Shown piece after piece: positions 1-11,133 of a DNA stretch of 51,086 nt. Origin of the DNA: Klebsormidium nitens (Eukaryota > Plantae > Klebsormidiophyceae); contig DF237566.1 of NCBI GenBank assembly GCA_000708835.1, positions 1 through 51,086 of the forward strand. The letters run 5' to 3'. How positions within the stretch are numbered: position 1 is the stretch's first letter; each line of letters begins with the position of its first letter. A program made the translations under genes and the position numbers. The notes beneath the pieces were generated by a model. That model was given only the letters and a program-made list of their open reading frames with translations, did no database searches and was not told the origin of the DNA.

Positions 1-577
1 CCGGAGTGTCGGACAGGACGAAGTATCAACGGCCTGGATTCGGCCTCAAAACTCGGGCCTGGATTGTTTGGGCCTGGATTGGTACTCTCCCCGAACGGCT
101 CGCTCTGAGCTGAGTCATCACCATAACTCTTGAGTCTCGAGTCGGGCGGAGTCACGTTCAGACTTCGCCCCCCGTGGGCATCGGCAGTCCGGAGTCCGGA
201 CGTCATCCGGCCATGACGGTAGGTAGCCTTACTAGCAGGCTAGGTACGTGCCTTTGTGAGCTCCAATAGGTACATCCGTAGGTATTGCAAACGCGTATGT
301 GTGTATACATGTATAGTAGAAGATAGTCTTCGAAATTCTGGTAACGCTAGATAATCCCGACCGACTGGCGTTACGAACTCGCGGATTTGCAAAGTGTAAC
401 GCAGTCCGCCTTACCGGTTTACCATTACAGACTGAATTCTGGCGACACATTTTAACTTCCCCAGTCCGCCTTACAAAGCTCCAGGGAGTATCCAAATCGC
501 CAGCAATCCCCCTAGCTGGGTACATGGCATACGCCAGTGCACGCTTCTGTGCGGGCTCGAAATCGCGCTTTTGTACT

Positions 578-688
578 CTAAAAACTGAGGAATGCTCTTG
601 CAACCAATCAGACCGGCAGGCCCTCCAATATAGAGGCTTGGGGGGTCACCGACGGCCGGATCTCAATGTTCTGCGCCCAAATTCACCG
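578..688 (+). repeat. Inverted repeat X, left copy
   Basis: ctaaaaactgaggaatgctcttgcaaccaatcaga...aattcaccg is the reverse complement of 8774-8908, with 4 substitutions and one 24-bp indel by hand alignment. Confidence 0.93.
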
Positions 689-1332
689 GGATGCGGCTAC
701 GGGGTGCAGGTGAGACGTCATATACGGCCGCGGTTAAGAAGCACTGGAACCGGTTGCCGGTCAGCGCGGTCTGAGCCTGTCGCCGGTGTCGCCGCGGTCT
801 GGGACCGTGACGTCAGCGGAGACTGGCAGTGCGACGCGCGCATTAAATGCGAGCGGTGACTGCGGGGACCGGCAGTGATTGTCAGTAGTGCAGTGAACAG
901 TGGATCACTGGACTGCAGTCACTGCAGTACTGCACTACTACAGTAAGTAGTGTTTTCCGGAAGGCCGACCTGGTGGACCTTATTGGAACTGGCTGCTGCG
1001 CGTGGTGCGGAATAGGAAGAGAGGAGTGGTGATTGAGACGTATTGTTAGGCTGAAATGTGAGGATCATGAGCAAAGAAGTTATTGTGGTGTAGGAGATTA
1101 AAGTGGCCGCTTAGGAGACCCGTTGTGGTACGGTCTGAACCTGCGGCGTTAGCGAGGTAACGGTCTGCAAGGATGGTAGAGCCAGGATTAGCGGTTGTGC
1201 CAGCTGGCGAGGTTGGACAAGGGCTGCCGGTTGGTGTGGCTGTGGAAGAAGAGAAGAGGTGAGTTAATGTGCATAATGTGTATTGCACGAATTCGGGGTG
1301 GGTTGGGTGGGTCGAAAATTTCCAATTTTCTC

Positions 1333-1664
1333 GTCTCCTTGGAGCGCCCCTTCTGGCGCCTCCCCTTTTGCGCAATCAACTTGAACAAGACGCGGTTTGA
1401 ACAACGTCTCTTCAAGACGTCAAACTAGCTTGTCCGACGCGGACAGCGCATGGTTCAAGGTTTTAACTTAATCGACAGCGCGGCCGGCCGGCGGCCGCGC
1501 CTACTGGCGGCGTGCGACCTGCCAGCTTCTACCGGTTTGTATAGTCCTCGTGCGCCTGCCGTATCTAAGAAATTAGCATTTCCCGAGCCTAAACCCTGTG
1601 GAAGGCTCGGTCTTTTTAAACCGCAGAATCTTACATCTGACGGCAGGCGAACATTCCCCTGCCT
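1333..1664 (-). repeat. Inverted repeat Y, left arm (332 bp)
   Basis: Reverse complement of 2143-2474 with about 4 mismatches. The ORF track shows the same peptides on opposite strands (1450..1743+ vs 2010..2357-). Confidence 0.97.
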
Positions 1665-2142
1665 ACTTAGTGCACTGTACTGTACTTTGTGCAAGTTGGC
1701 CACGTGCCCAACCAAGAAGCGCGGAAATAGGTGTTTGCGTTAGCGGTGTGAATTTGCGTGACAAAGGGGTGTTATGTGGCTCACTGCACTGCGAGTGGCT
1801 TACGGTATAACATTTTCTGTTTGTGACCAAGGTGTGAAAGTCATTGCATGCGGCGGTGTCTTGGTTTGATGGAAGGATTATCGCGACTGGCTGGTGCGTA
1901 TTACCACCTCAGCTAATCATTTGCCTGCTTATTAATGACCTGCCCCACGTGTACATGCCGAAACTGGATTTCGCGTGGAGTTGGGGTACAATTTCTCAAG
2001 AAGTGCGGTTTAACGAATTGGGTTTCGCTTGACCAGCCACCAACTGCAGCTTGCAGAGCATGTGATTTTCGCCGTCCATATCCGAAATCTGACGGTTTTT
2101 GAGCGTTGTGCCGTGCGACCCACAAAGCTCTCCGACTTTTTC

Positions 2143-2474
2143 AGGCAGGGGAATGTTTGCCTGCCGTCAGATGTAAGATTCTGCGGTTTAAAAAGACCGA
2201 GCCTTCCACAGGGTTTAGGCTCGGGGAATGCTAATTTCTTAGATACGGCAGGCGCACGAGGACTATACAAACCGGTAGAAGCTGGCAGGTCGCACTCCGC
2301 CAGTAGGCGCGGCCGCCGGCCGGCCGCGCTGTCGATTAAGTTAAAACCCTGAACCATGCGCTGTCCGCGTCGGACAAGCTAGTTTGACGTCTTGAAGAGA
2401 CGTTGTTCAAACCGCGTCTTGTTCAAGTTGATTGCGCAAAAGGGGAGGCGCCAGAAGGGGCGCTCCAAGGAGAC
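2143..2474 (+). repeat. Inverted repeat Y, right arm (332 bp), about 90 bp upstream of the gag ATG
   Basis: Reverse complement of 1333-1664; the arms are separated by a 478-bp spacer. Confidence 0.97.
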
Positions 2475-2565
2475 CTTTGTTTTATTGGGGGATTCACACC
2501 ATATAAGAGCCCCCTTGTGGTGATCAGTGGGAATAGGCCCTGAGTGCAAATAGCCTGTACCCGCC

Positions 2566-4115
2566 ATGGAGCCGCAATTAGGAACCCTTATCGAATTGCT
2601 AGGGCCACCAGGACTGATTGGGGAGTACTTGTGGCATGAATTGCCAGGGCCTGCACCAGGTACGGGTAGAAGATTCTGGACCAGAGTTGTGGACGTTGAA
2701 GCGGCAACAGGCAAGTTTTGGCTGGAAGATGGAAATGGCGAATTGTTTCATAGATCGGTGGACAAATCCGAGCTCAGGATCGGAATCGGCTCCAGGTATC
2801 CCGGGGACACGCTGCTTCTAAGGCTCAGGGAGAAAGGCTTGCAGCATGACGTCTTCCAGGTGGCCATTCCCGGGGCCCCTCCTTCTGAACCATTGGGTCC
2901 GGTAGGGCCAGCAGGTGGTGCTCAGCAGCAACAGGGGCAGGCCACACAGCAGCAGCCAATCAGGAGAGTAACGATCCCTGACCCACCAGCTGTGACGCCA
3001 GGGGCTGCAGTGCTTAATGCTCTCACCCCCGGTCTTATGAGGGAGGCAGACACGACGGGATCAGCAGCGCGACTGGAGAGGGCATTCAAAGAGTTTGTGC
3101 AGAAAGGGTCACTGATCTCGCATATGGAGGCAGCTCTGCGGAAGATCCCCAGGGATTCTCGGGCGTGGTATACGAAGTTTGAGCAGCTCTTCGAGGTATA
3201 CAAAGAGCCAGACCCGAAAGCGGCCCACCTAATGGCAGCGGTCTACTTCTACGCCAACCAAATCAACTTCGTGTCTAGGGCCTCGACCTCGAATACTTGG
3301 CGGATGGGTTCATCACTGATATGAAGATGGCGCTGGAGGAAGCAGGGGACAGCAGCAGTTGGACGGCGGACACGGTGCGAGACCTCGAAAATCAGATAAA
3401 GAAGTCTTTCGAGGAGTACCGCAAGGAGGCGCAGACCTAGCTGGGGGAAGGTAACGCACGCCCCTTAGTGCTGCGGGGCGCAGGAAGCGGAGGCGGCAGC
3501 TTTGGGAGGTAAGGCGGCTTGGATAAGTTAGCTTTTGCATCTCAGTGATATGATCGTGGCGCGGAAGCCACGAAAATGAACGTTGTATGGCCTGGACTGG
3601 ACTCTAGCTGTTGCGCCCTAGGAAAGGTGGCCAGTCGAGTGCATAATTCAGTCAGATCACATGCACTTTATCAGAAGCCTCGATGGGTATTGAAGAGCAA
3701 GATGACGAGGCCTGCAACAGATGCGAGTGGAACTTCAGACGCTTAAAAGCGGAGCGAATTGCCATGCAAAGAAAAGGAATCCGAGCCCAAAGTGAGGCTG
3801 GCAGCAAGATCCAAAAACGCCCGCAAATGGGCTTGAAACTTTTGATGCCACCAGATTGTTCGCCGATAATGGGCGACCAAGAAGAACGCGGGGAGCCAAA
3901 ATAAACAAACAAAGTTCGGCTCAGATGCCATTGACAAAAGTGAAGCCCTGAAGCGGCCTTATTAACAAAAACCTCCTCCAAATAACTGGAGCGGATCCGG
4001 AGGCTCCGGCAGAGGGTCCGGCTGGGGCGGCAAGAGAAGATTCGACGACAGAGACAGAGACGACAGAGAGGACCACGAGCGCAACGCTCCGGTGAATAGG
4101 TCTGGTCGTAGGTAA
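2566..4115 (+). pseudogene. Decayed gag-like ORF1 of the YR retrotransposon
   Basis: The 252-aa ORF continues after a frameshift near 3280 (LDLEYLADGFITDMKMALEE...). Further frame-broken pieces at 3683-4115 end in a G/R/D-rich tail (GSGGSGRGSGWGGKRRFDDRDRDD) after an in-frame TAA at 3963. Called gag by its position upstream of pol. Confidence 0.6.
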
Positions 4116-4812
4116 GAACTCGGCAGCCGAGAAGACAGAGGAAACCTAATGAGACCGAAGTTGGATCAGACAGGAGGTAGAGGAGAACAGCAAAACAGTC
4201 CAGCGATAATTGTAAAAACATCAGATTGACGGACCTGGTCCAAACGAATTCTGTCGACGGCTCCTTACACTTAAGAGTGCAGCGCGCGTCGGCTTCGCTC
4301 TCGAGTCCGCCGCTTGCGTGAGGTGCTGCTCTGTAAAGCACACGAATGGAAATGTAGGATACCGCATGAATGTGTGCGTGGCAGTGTTTCCAGAAAATTG
4401 CCTGCTCCGCGAACGACCGAGGCGTAATTACAATAGGATGTTTGCTCTGGCTGACTACGTGGATCCGCAGCATGCTCCGCGGACTTCTCGCCGGCTCTGG
4501 CTAACCGGCGACGCGAAATTTTGGTACCCGCGAAACTCGGTGTAAATGCGCCCGTCGAACCCGGTTACCCGTCGGTTAACGTTTCGTTGGGCGATGCAGA
4601 TTGCTAACCCGGTACCGAAGTAAAACGTTTACACCATTAGAAGATGCCCCATTCCAGGGCGGAAAGGAAGAGACCCCGTGCGGGCGGTGCAGTCTCGGGG
4701 GTTAGGTTTCTGAAATTTGGGTTAGCGAAACCGGACCCATTCCAACGTCAAGACGGCTTGCAGTCATTTTGTTCAGGCTTTCCTCCTGTTTTCTAGACCG
4801 CCGCTGCGGCTC

Positions 4813-7453
4813 ATGCAAACTGAACTTTACAACGATATCGCCAGGGCCACGGAGCAAGGATTCACGGCCGCCGAACCGGCGCAAACCCTGCCACGTGGCT
4901 CGGAGGAAAAAGCAGAAGCGGTTGCGCGACGAAGTGGCGAACTGCCGGCTCGAAACGGAGCGGCCCCGAAGGGCGACAACACGACGCTCCCCCAAAGCGA
5001 GCAGGGCGGAGCAAAAGTCGGCAGCCCTGGAAAGAAACCTGAGGGGCCCCCAGACGCCTTCGAGCGTGACCAAAACGTGACGCAGGCAGAAACCCGAGCG
5101 GGTTGCCCGAAGCGCCGCATAGCGCCGCGGAGCTGGCGGGTAGCGGGCCCGACGAAGAGCTCGAGGAGCTGCAGCCAGACATAGCCACAGATCCGCTTTC
5201 AGATGGCGTGTCCGTGGCGCTCGACGCCTGCACACACGCTTTCTTTGCCGGGATAAAGGTCAGGCAGGCCCCTATCCCCGATCCAGAGCAACTTCGGAAA
5301 GCTGTGCGAGAAGTTCTGCGCACAGCACCAGGACCGGCGGGGGGATCAGAAATGTCCGCCGAAATGAAAGGGGAGTTGGAAACCTGGGTGAGGAACGTCG
5401 GGGACCACACGTCCGACCCGGAGAAGTTTGTGGCCGGCAGCTTTGGGCGGCACTTCCCGGCCTGGCAGAAGTTGCTGAAAGACTCCAAACGGGAGTCCTC
5501 GAAACGGGTCCTTAAGATGCTCGCTGCGGGGATAAAACCTCAGTTTGTGGGCACCGAAGACGCGGAGCCCAAGAAACGCGAGCAAGTTAGGGCGATGCTC
5601 GCCCGCACCGTCAAACCCCTCGAAGTGGACGAACTTGCTTCACGGACAAGTTCCCCATCAGGTCGAATTCCGGAACCACCAGTCCTTTTACGACAACGCC
5701 CCGTTCGCAGTGGGGGAAGCAGTCAAGATGGTCCAAAACGGTACCCTGCACGTGTACGGCCCGGGAGACGGCAAGCCTAAGGTGGTCAACCCACTCGGAG
5801 TGGTTAACCTCCCCAAGGGGCGGCTGGTGGTAAACGCCCGCTACGTCAACCTGTTTTTTAAGAAGCACGCTTTCAAGTACGAGACGCTGCGCGAGGTCCT
5901 CACGTTTCTGACGCAGGCCTCCTTCTTCACGACCTGGGACTTCAAGGCCGGGTACTACCACGTCTTGATTAACCCGGCCTACCGCAAGTACTTCGGGATC
6001 AAGATCGGAGAAGTCTACATGCACTACAACGCGATGTGCTTCGGGTGGTCGGAGGCTTGCTTCCTCTACACTCTCCTCACCCAGGAGCTGAGTAAGGAGA
6101 TCCGATTGCGAGCGGTGCCCGTCTCGAGCTACCTCGACGACGGGCTAACAGGGGACGTCGACTTCTATCGCTGTCTGTGGGCGACGGTCTTCATCATCAA
6201 ACTGCTGACGCTGTGCGGCGCCGTCTTCAGCATCCCCAAGTGCAACCTCTGGCCGCAACAAGAGGGGCCTTGGCTGGGGTTTCTCATTGAGACGGTAGCC
6301 CAGCGCTTCTCCGTAGCCCCTGCCAAAATGGAGAAGCTACGGACGGCGCTAAGGGGTTTGGCGGAGAGCGCTGACGTCACGCCACGAGAGCTTGCCAAGG
6401 TGGCGGGCAAAGTCATTTCCGTCAGCCCGGCAGTACTGCCGGCGTCCCTCTACAGCCGGCCGTTTTTCGCGGCAATCCAAGGGAAGCTGACGTGGGACAT
6501 GACGTCTTCCCAACACCCCAGGCAGCCAAACGGACAGCGGAGTTGTTTCTGCAGCGGCTGCCGGAATGGAACGGCAGGCGCTGGTTCCCGCGCTGCGTAA
6601 TGGCGGAGGCTGGTTTGGACGCATCAGAGACCGGCTTCGGGGGCACCATCCAGGTCCCCGGGGGCGAAAAGCTCACGGTTGTCGGAACCCTCGCGGAGGA
6701 GGAGAGGAGCATGTCCAGTACGGCCAGGGAAACGGTGGCGTTCCTACGAGTGCTGACGGAAGCCTACGAGCGAGCGGGGGAGGTGCTGCGGGGAGCGGCG
6801 GTGCTGCTAAAGGGAGACAACCAAGGGGCGGTTAGGGCAGTGAACGCAATGAACAGCCGCGCCCCTGACGTTAACGCCGCGCTCAGACAGCTGTTTGAGC
6901 TGTGCGCGGAGGGGGACTTCGACGTGGTGGCTCAGTGGAAGCCGCGCGCAGAGATGCAGGAGGAGGACGACCTCAGCAAGTTCCAGGAGAGCTCCGACTG
7001 GGGGTTGAGTGCGGAGCGGGTGCGCAGGATCCTGGGGGAGTTCGGCGTGGAGCCCGCACTGGATCTGTTCGCGTCGGACACGTGGCACGTGTCCGATCGG
7101 TTCTTCAGCCAGCACATCACCCCCGGCTGCCTCGGAGCGGACGCGTTGCGGGTCGACTGGCGGGACCTGCTTGCACCCGGAGAGATATCTTGGATTTTTC
7201 CGCCAGTACTTGACTCCTTAGCGAGGTCGTAACGGCAATCCGGCGCTTTGAAACCAGCTGCGTGGTCATAGTCCCAAAGGCGCCGGCAACCAACTGGTGG
7301 CTGACGCTGAGCGGCATCGGCAAGCGAGCAACCGTGCGAGGACCGGTGCATCTGCCACGCAGCACGGACATATGCACACCTAGTCCAAGGGTCCCCAAAG
7401 GGACGGCCAATCCGGCGCTTTACAAATTGCAGGCGTTCCTGATAACATGGTAA
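4813..7453 (+). pseudogene. Frameshifted pol: reverse transcriptase + DIRS-type RNase H + adenine-methyltransferase-like domain
   Basis: RT motifs WDFKAGYYHV, YNAMCFGWSEA, SYLDDGL. RNase H motifs DASETGFGG, ARETVA, GDNQGAV, DDLSK. MT-like motifs LDLFAS, WIFPP, VVIVPKAPATNWW. Frameshifts near 5630, 6500 and 7215; the 5' end is uncertain. Confidence 0.92.
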
Positions 7454-7571
7454 TTGACGAATCAATTGGCAGAGTAATGCGGCATTGCAACAGATCATTG
7501 CACGAGAGTTGAGGTAGCATAGTGAAAACGTGCAATAACTCCTGACAATTAACATTCTTCTGTAACGGTTC

Positions 7572-8729
7572 TTAGCGCCGGTGCCAAATTTCTTCTACGT
7601 AGACCTTGAATGCGGAATAGCTTTTCCATCGCCCTAACTCCATCAGCTGTTTCACGTTATAGTTCAGATTAACTGCCGCGTGCTGCACTGCTGACCTACG
7701 GAAACTATGCAACCTGGTCTCCCCGTCGAACAATCCTGCTTGCTGCAGCCGTCGCTGGATTCGCTTCCGTAGGGAGGCGCTTGAAATGGGCCCCGGCGAG
7801 AATCCTGTTCGCTGCCGATTTTGCGCCCTGAATAGGTAACCGTTCTCTGGGCTCGGATCACCCTGAATCTCCAAGCCCTTGATCAGCGCAGCGCGGCAGC
7901 TTCGATGAAGGTGAGCCTGACCCCCATTCCAGCCTGGGCCAGCGGAATCCGCGCACTGGGCTCTTGCCGCACAGTTTTGCTCCAACCTGGGTACGCAGCA
8001 GGAGCGGCCCCTCCTTCGATTTCGCGCGCGCTCAGCGCGCCGCACTCCTTGCCCCGAGCTAAGGACTCCCACAGGTACAACACGGCCGCCTGGTCCATTA
8101 GCAGCGTGCAGAGCTCCAGAGCGTCCATCTCCTGTTTCAGGCGGTCGGCCAGGAACGCGAGCAGCGCGTCCAACTTTGCTTCGGTGAAAACCTTGGCACG
8201 CTGGACCTTCACGCCTTCGTCGTGCAGGTACCGCTCGTAGCCGTCCCGAAACGATTTAACGGCTTCTGACTTTGCAGGGTTCTCGTGCCCAGCGTAACCC
8301 AGCAGCGTGTATGTTTTCGTCAGGTCCTTCACGACTCCCTTCACAGCGGAAGCGGAAGCCACCGTTTTCCCCGTTGACGGCAGCACCTCCTACAATTCGC
8401 ACTGTGTCGGGGCAGCCAGTCGCCCACGATGAAGGCGCCAACATCCGCAGGAGAGGCGGTCTCAATGCTAACTCCGTAAGCGTTTCGCCCGAGAAACGCT
8501 GCGAATTCTTCTGCACTGTCCGCTTGCGCGAGCTATTCGCGGCTGCAGAAACCTTCCGTTCTGCCATCTCCCCAAATTCCGTCAAGGCCCGGGCGTACAA
8601 CGCATCCGTTTCGGCCGCGCTCCAAACGGAGCCAGTGTCCCCACCACGCCCGCCCTGGATCCCGCGAACGGAACGAACGTGAGCCTGACATCGCGCCTGG
8701 AACTCCCTCCTGCAGCCAGTAAGCCCCAT
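7572..8729 (-). pseudogene. Frameshifted tyrosine recombinase
   Basis: Catalytic set R (LARGKE), HxxR (HSFRRS), W (GRWKS) and Y (FKVY). Frame changes near 8505, 8385 and 7890 join the ORFs 8256..8729, 7883..8386 and 7572..8072. Confidence 0.92.
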
Positions 8730-8773
8730 TATTTGTCAATAACTGTTGTCTGGTGACAATTGGTATTTTGGGG

Positions 8774-8908
8774 CGGTGAATTCGGGCGCAGAACGTTGAG
8801 ATCCGGCCGTCGGTGACCCCCCAAGCCTCTATATCGGAGGGTCTGCCGGTGATTGTATGCTTGCTGCTGCTTTTCTGATTGGTTGCAAGAGCATTCCTCA
8901 GTTTTTAG
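8774..8908 (-). repeat. Inverted repeat X, right copy, about 45 bp upstream of the YR start
   Basis: Reverse complement of 578-688 plus an extra 24 bp (aaagcagcagcaagcatacaatca on the minus strand). Confidence 0.93.
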
Positions 8909-8978
8909 GTACTTGTACAAGTACGGTACTTTACTGTAATTCCTACCTACCTAGATACGGTACTTGCCTACAATAACG

Positions 8979-8996
8979 TAGGGTTTTAGGGTTTTA
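8979..8996. promoter_or_regulatory. Two TTTTAGGG telomere-type units (telo-box-like) about 60 bp upstream of the SARAF ATG
   Basis: tagggttttagggtttta read directly. A regulatory role is inferred from plant telo-boxes. Confidence 0.45.
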
Positions 8997-9057
8997 TGCC
9001 ATATGGGAATTTGGAAAGCCTGTATCTACAGCTTGTGGGATTTCAATTTTCAGCACC

Positions 9058-11133
9058 ATGGCGTCCTCCTGCCGCTTGGCATGGTCCTCGGCTCTTGCTC
9101 TCTGTTTCCTCTGCCTCTGCGACGCCATTTACTCGCCATATGGGAAAGGGGTCCGGTTGGAAGATGTTCAGGCCATCACCCTCCACAGGGGGCAGAGGAC
9201 TACGTCTCGTCGGTCAGGTGCTGTCCCCCAGCTGAACTGTGTGGGTGGGCCGTGCGAGTATGAGCCTGACACGGTGCAGTGTGTGAATGTGGGCAGTGAC
9301 GGGATGGATGTGCAATGGAGGTGCGAAGCGGACTTGCCGAGCAATGTCAAGTTTGCTCGCACGCAGGTGACATGTGAGGTGAGGCTGAATTGAGGTTGCA
9401 AAAAGGCCATTTGCCTAGGCGTCACGCGTCCTCAACAGCCTGATTGGAGGATCTGTTGAGACATATATAGAAGACCCGCAATATTGCTATCATGAAAGAG
9501 TCAACATGTATGATGCTATCATTTGGAGATTGTGCTCTAGAGGCTGCGGTCTTTTGTCAACCTGCATGCGGAGGCTCTTTTGGTGGTAATAAAGTTGGGG
9601 TAGTTAATGCCGAACCGGTGGTAGGTTGCATGCAATAGAGCACGTCTTTGAAAGGAAATGGAGGGGAAGGTGGGACATCATGAGGTTGTTTGACACCTTG
9701 TCACGGCAATCATGCAGGGCTATGAGTACCCGGATGATGAGCGCGTGCTTGAAGGAAGCTGCGGTCTCGAGTACTCGCTAAAAACAGTAGGAGGTACGTG
9801 CAGGAGTGCAGAGTATCTGAGTTCATCGCTTTGAGTGCTTCATTGCAGTGCTCAAGGATTGGCACAAAAAGACTGTGCATATTCCTACCTGCTACTTCCT
9901 TCCTGTAAGAATTGTCACTGCTTCTGAGGGCAGTACCGTGTGCTCATGCTTGACTGAATTGGTTGCGTACCCGCCGTGTTCCTGGTGCAGGCGGTGGAAG
10001 CTGGTTCAGCCAAAGCCGTGGTGGGGACTACTATGGGGCAGGAAAGAGTGTAAGTTTCAGCGCCTGTTAAGCAGATAGCTTTGAAGCTGCCAGGCTTGTG
10101 CTGCTTTGCTTGCCAACATTCGTGTGACTGGGCAATTAGTCGCATAGGTCTTCTCAGTGTGCAGTTACTTAATGCCCTCCTTATATCCAATTTTGCTCCT
10201 ATTTTGTGAGGGAGTCCATACTCTTTCAGGAGCCCACAGCTCAGTGAAGCATTTGTTTTCGACAGCCCAATGTCCGCAACAGTAAACGCATGTTCTTTGG
10301 AGGTCTTTCACCTTATCTTACTCCAAGTGCTTGGCTTGCCCTCCTCGCAGCGAGTCTCAGAGCCTCCTCGCAACTCGTGGGGCGCTGGCCAGTGGATTAT
10401 CCTCCTCCTTATCATTTACATCGGGTACCATTTGGGTCGAGTCTATCAGCAAGGTATGCTCCCATATCTGGTGACTTGAGAGGCTCACTGTACAGCGGTC
10501 TTTGATCTGGGGCCGCGTGGGGCAGACCGCTAAGTTGTGTGGCTTGAATTAATGCAGCTCTTACCTGTCAAAAACCATTGCTTATGCACGCAGCCTCGAA
10601 TGTTCCCTTTCTTTCTTCGTGTTTGAGGATCGTGACTGGAGCTCCTGTTCGCACAGGCCGCTTCCGCCCTCACGACTCGTGACCTGGCCGCAGGCACCCA
10701 CCGGCCGCAAGCCCCCTCGTCACGTAGTACAGACCACCGCCCCTCTGCACCCCCACCGCCGCCGGGGGGTTTCTTTTCAGGAGGGGGTTCAGGACCTTCA
10801 GATTCATTTGGGAGTGGCTATGGGGGCGGCTTCGGCGGTGGCAAGGCTAGCACGTCTGCAAGTAGCGGGAGTTCTGCTTGGGGTGGTTGGACAAGCGCAG
10901 CGGCAGGCTACGGACTGGGTTATTTGATGGGCAACAGGAGACGGGCACCTCAGCCAACGTCGTTCTGGGGGGGGCAGCCCAGGCAGCAGCAGGCTACCAC
11001 TGGTTGGTTCAGCAGGGGCAGCAACATGAGGGGTGGCATGAACCGGGGGGCAGGTGCGTCAGGTAGCAACACGCAGGGGGCCGCAACCGAGACGAGAAAA
11101 GCAACAGGGTATGCTAGTACGAGCCGTAGGTAA
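9058..11133 (+). CDS. SARAF: Store-operated calcium entry-associated regulatory factor (SARAF/TMEM66) homologue, about 5 exons
   Basis: Signal peptide, then VQAITLHRGQRTTSRRSGAVPQLNCVGG, PDTVQCVNVG, QWRCEADLP, and VTCE|GYEYPDD..VLEGSCGLEYSL across a GT-AG intron (9378/9718). A TM exon (WIILLLIIYIGY) precedes a Gly-rich tail with AAAGYGLGYLMG. Confidence 0.9.

Larger units (their letters stand above)
578..8908. mobile_element. Degenerate tyrosine-recombinase (DIRS-order) retrotransposon locus; recombinase antisense to gag/pol; bounded by inverted repeat X
   Basis: Contains gag-like, RT, RNase H, MT-like and YR coding relics. The outer boundaries are set by the inverted repeat 578-688 / 8774-8908. 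The full-length unit may instead be only 2143-8908 (see findings). Confidence 0.88.

Noticed and set aside
31-80. GGCCTGGATT x3 as a possible CRISPR-like array
   Set aside because: The repeats are 10 bp with spacers of 4-16 bp, in a eukaryotic context with no cas genes. No CRISPR array was seen anywhere in the window.
1450-2357. Near-identical 97-115 aa ORFs on opposite strands
   Set aside because: They are by-products of inverted repeat Y, with no recognisable domain.
3652-4473. 273-aa minus-strand ORF inside the retroelement
   Set aside because: It is antisense to the decayed gag tail, mirrors its purine-rich low complexity, and has no motifs.
5620-7230. Programmed ribosomal frameshifting in pol
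   Set aside because: There are three shifts in pol and at least seven across the element, with no slippery heptamers. Decay or sequence error is more parsimonious.
7454-7571. Candidate DIRS internal complementary region between pol and YR
   Set aside because: I found no complementarity to the X or Y ends by eye.
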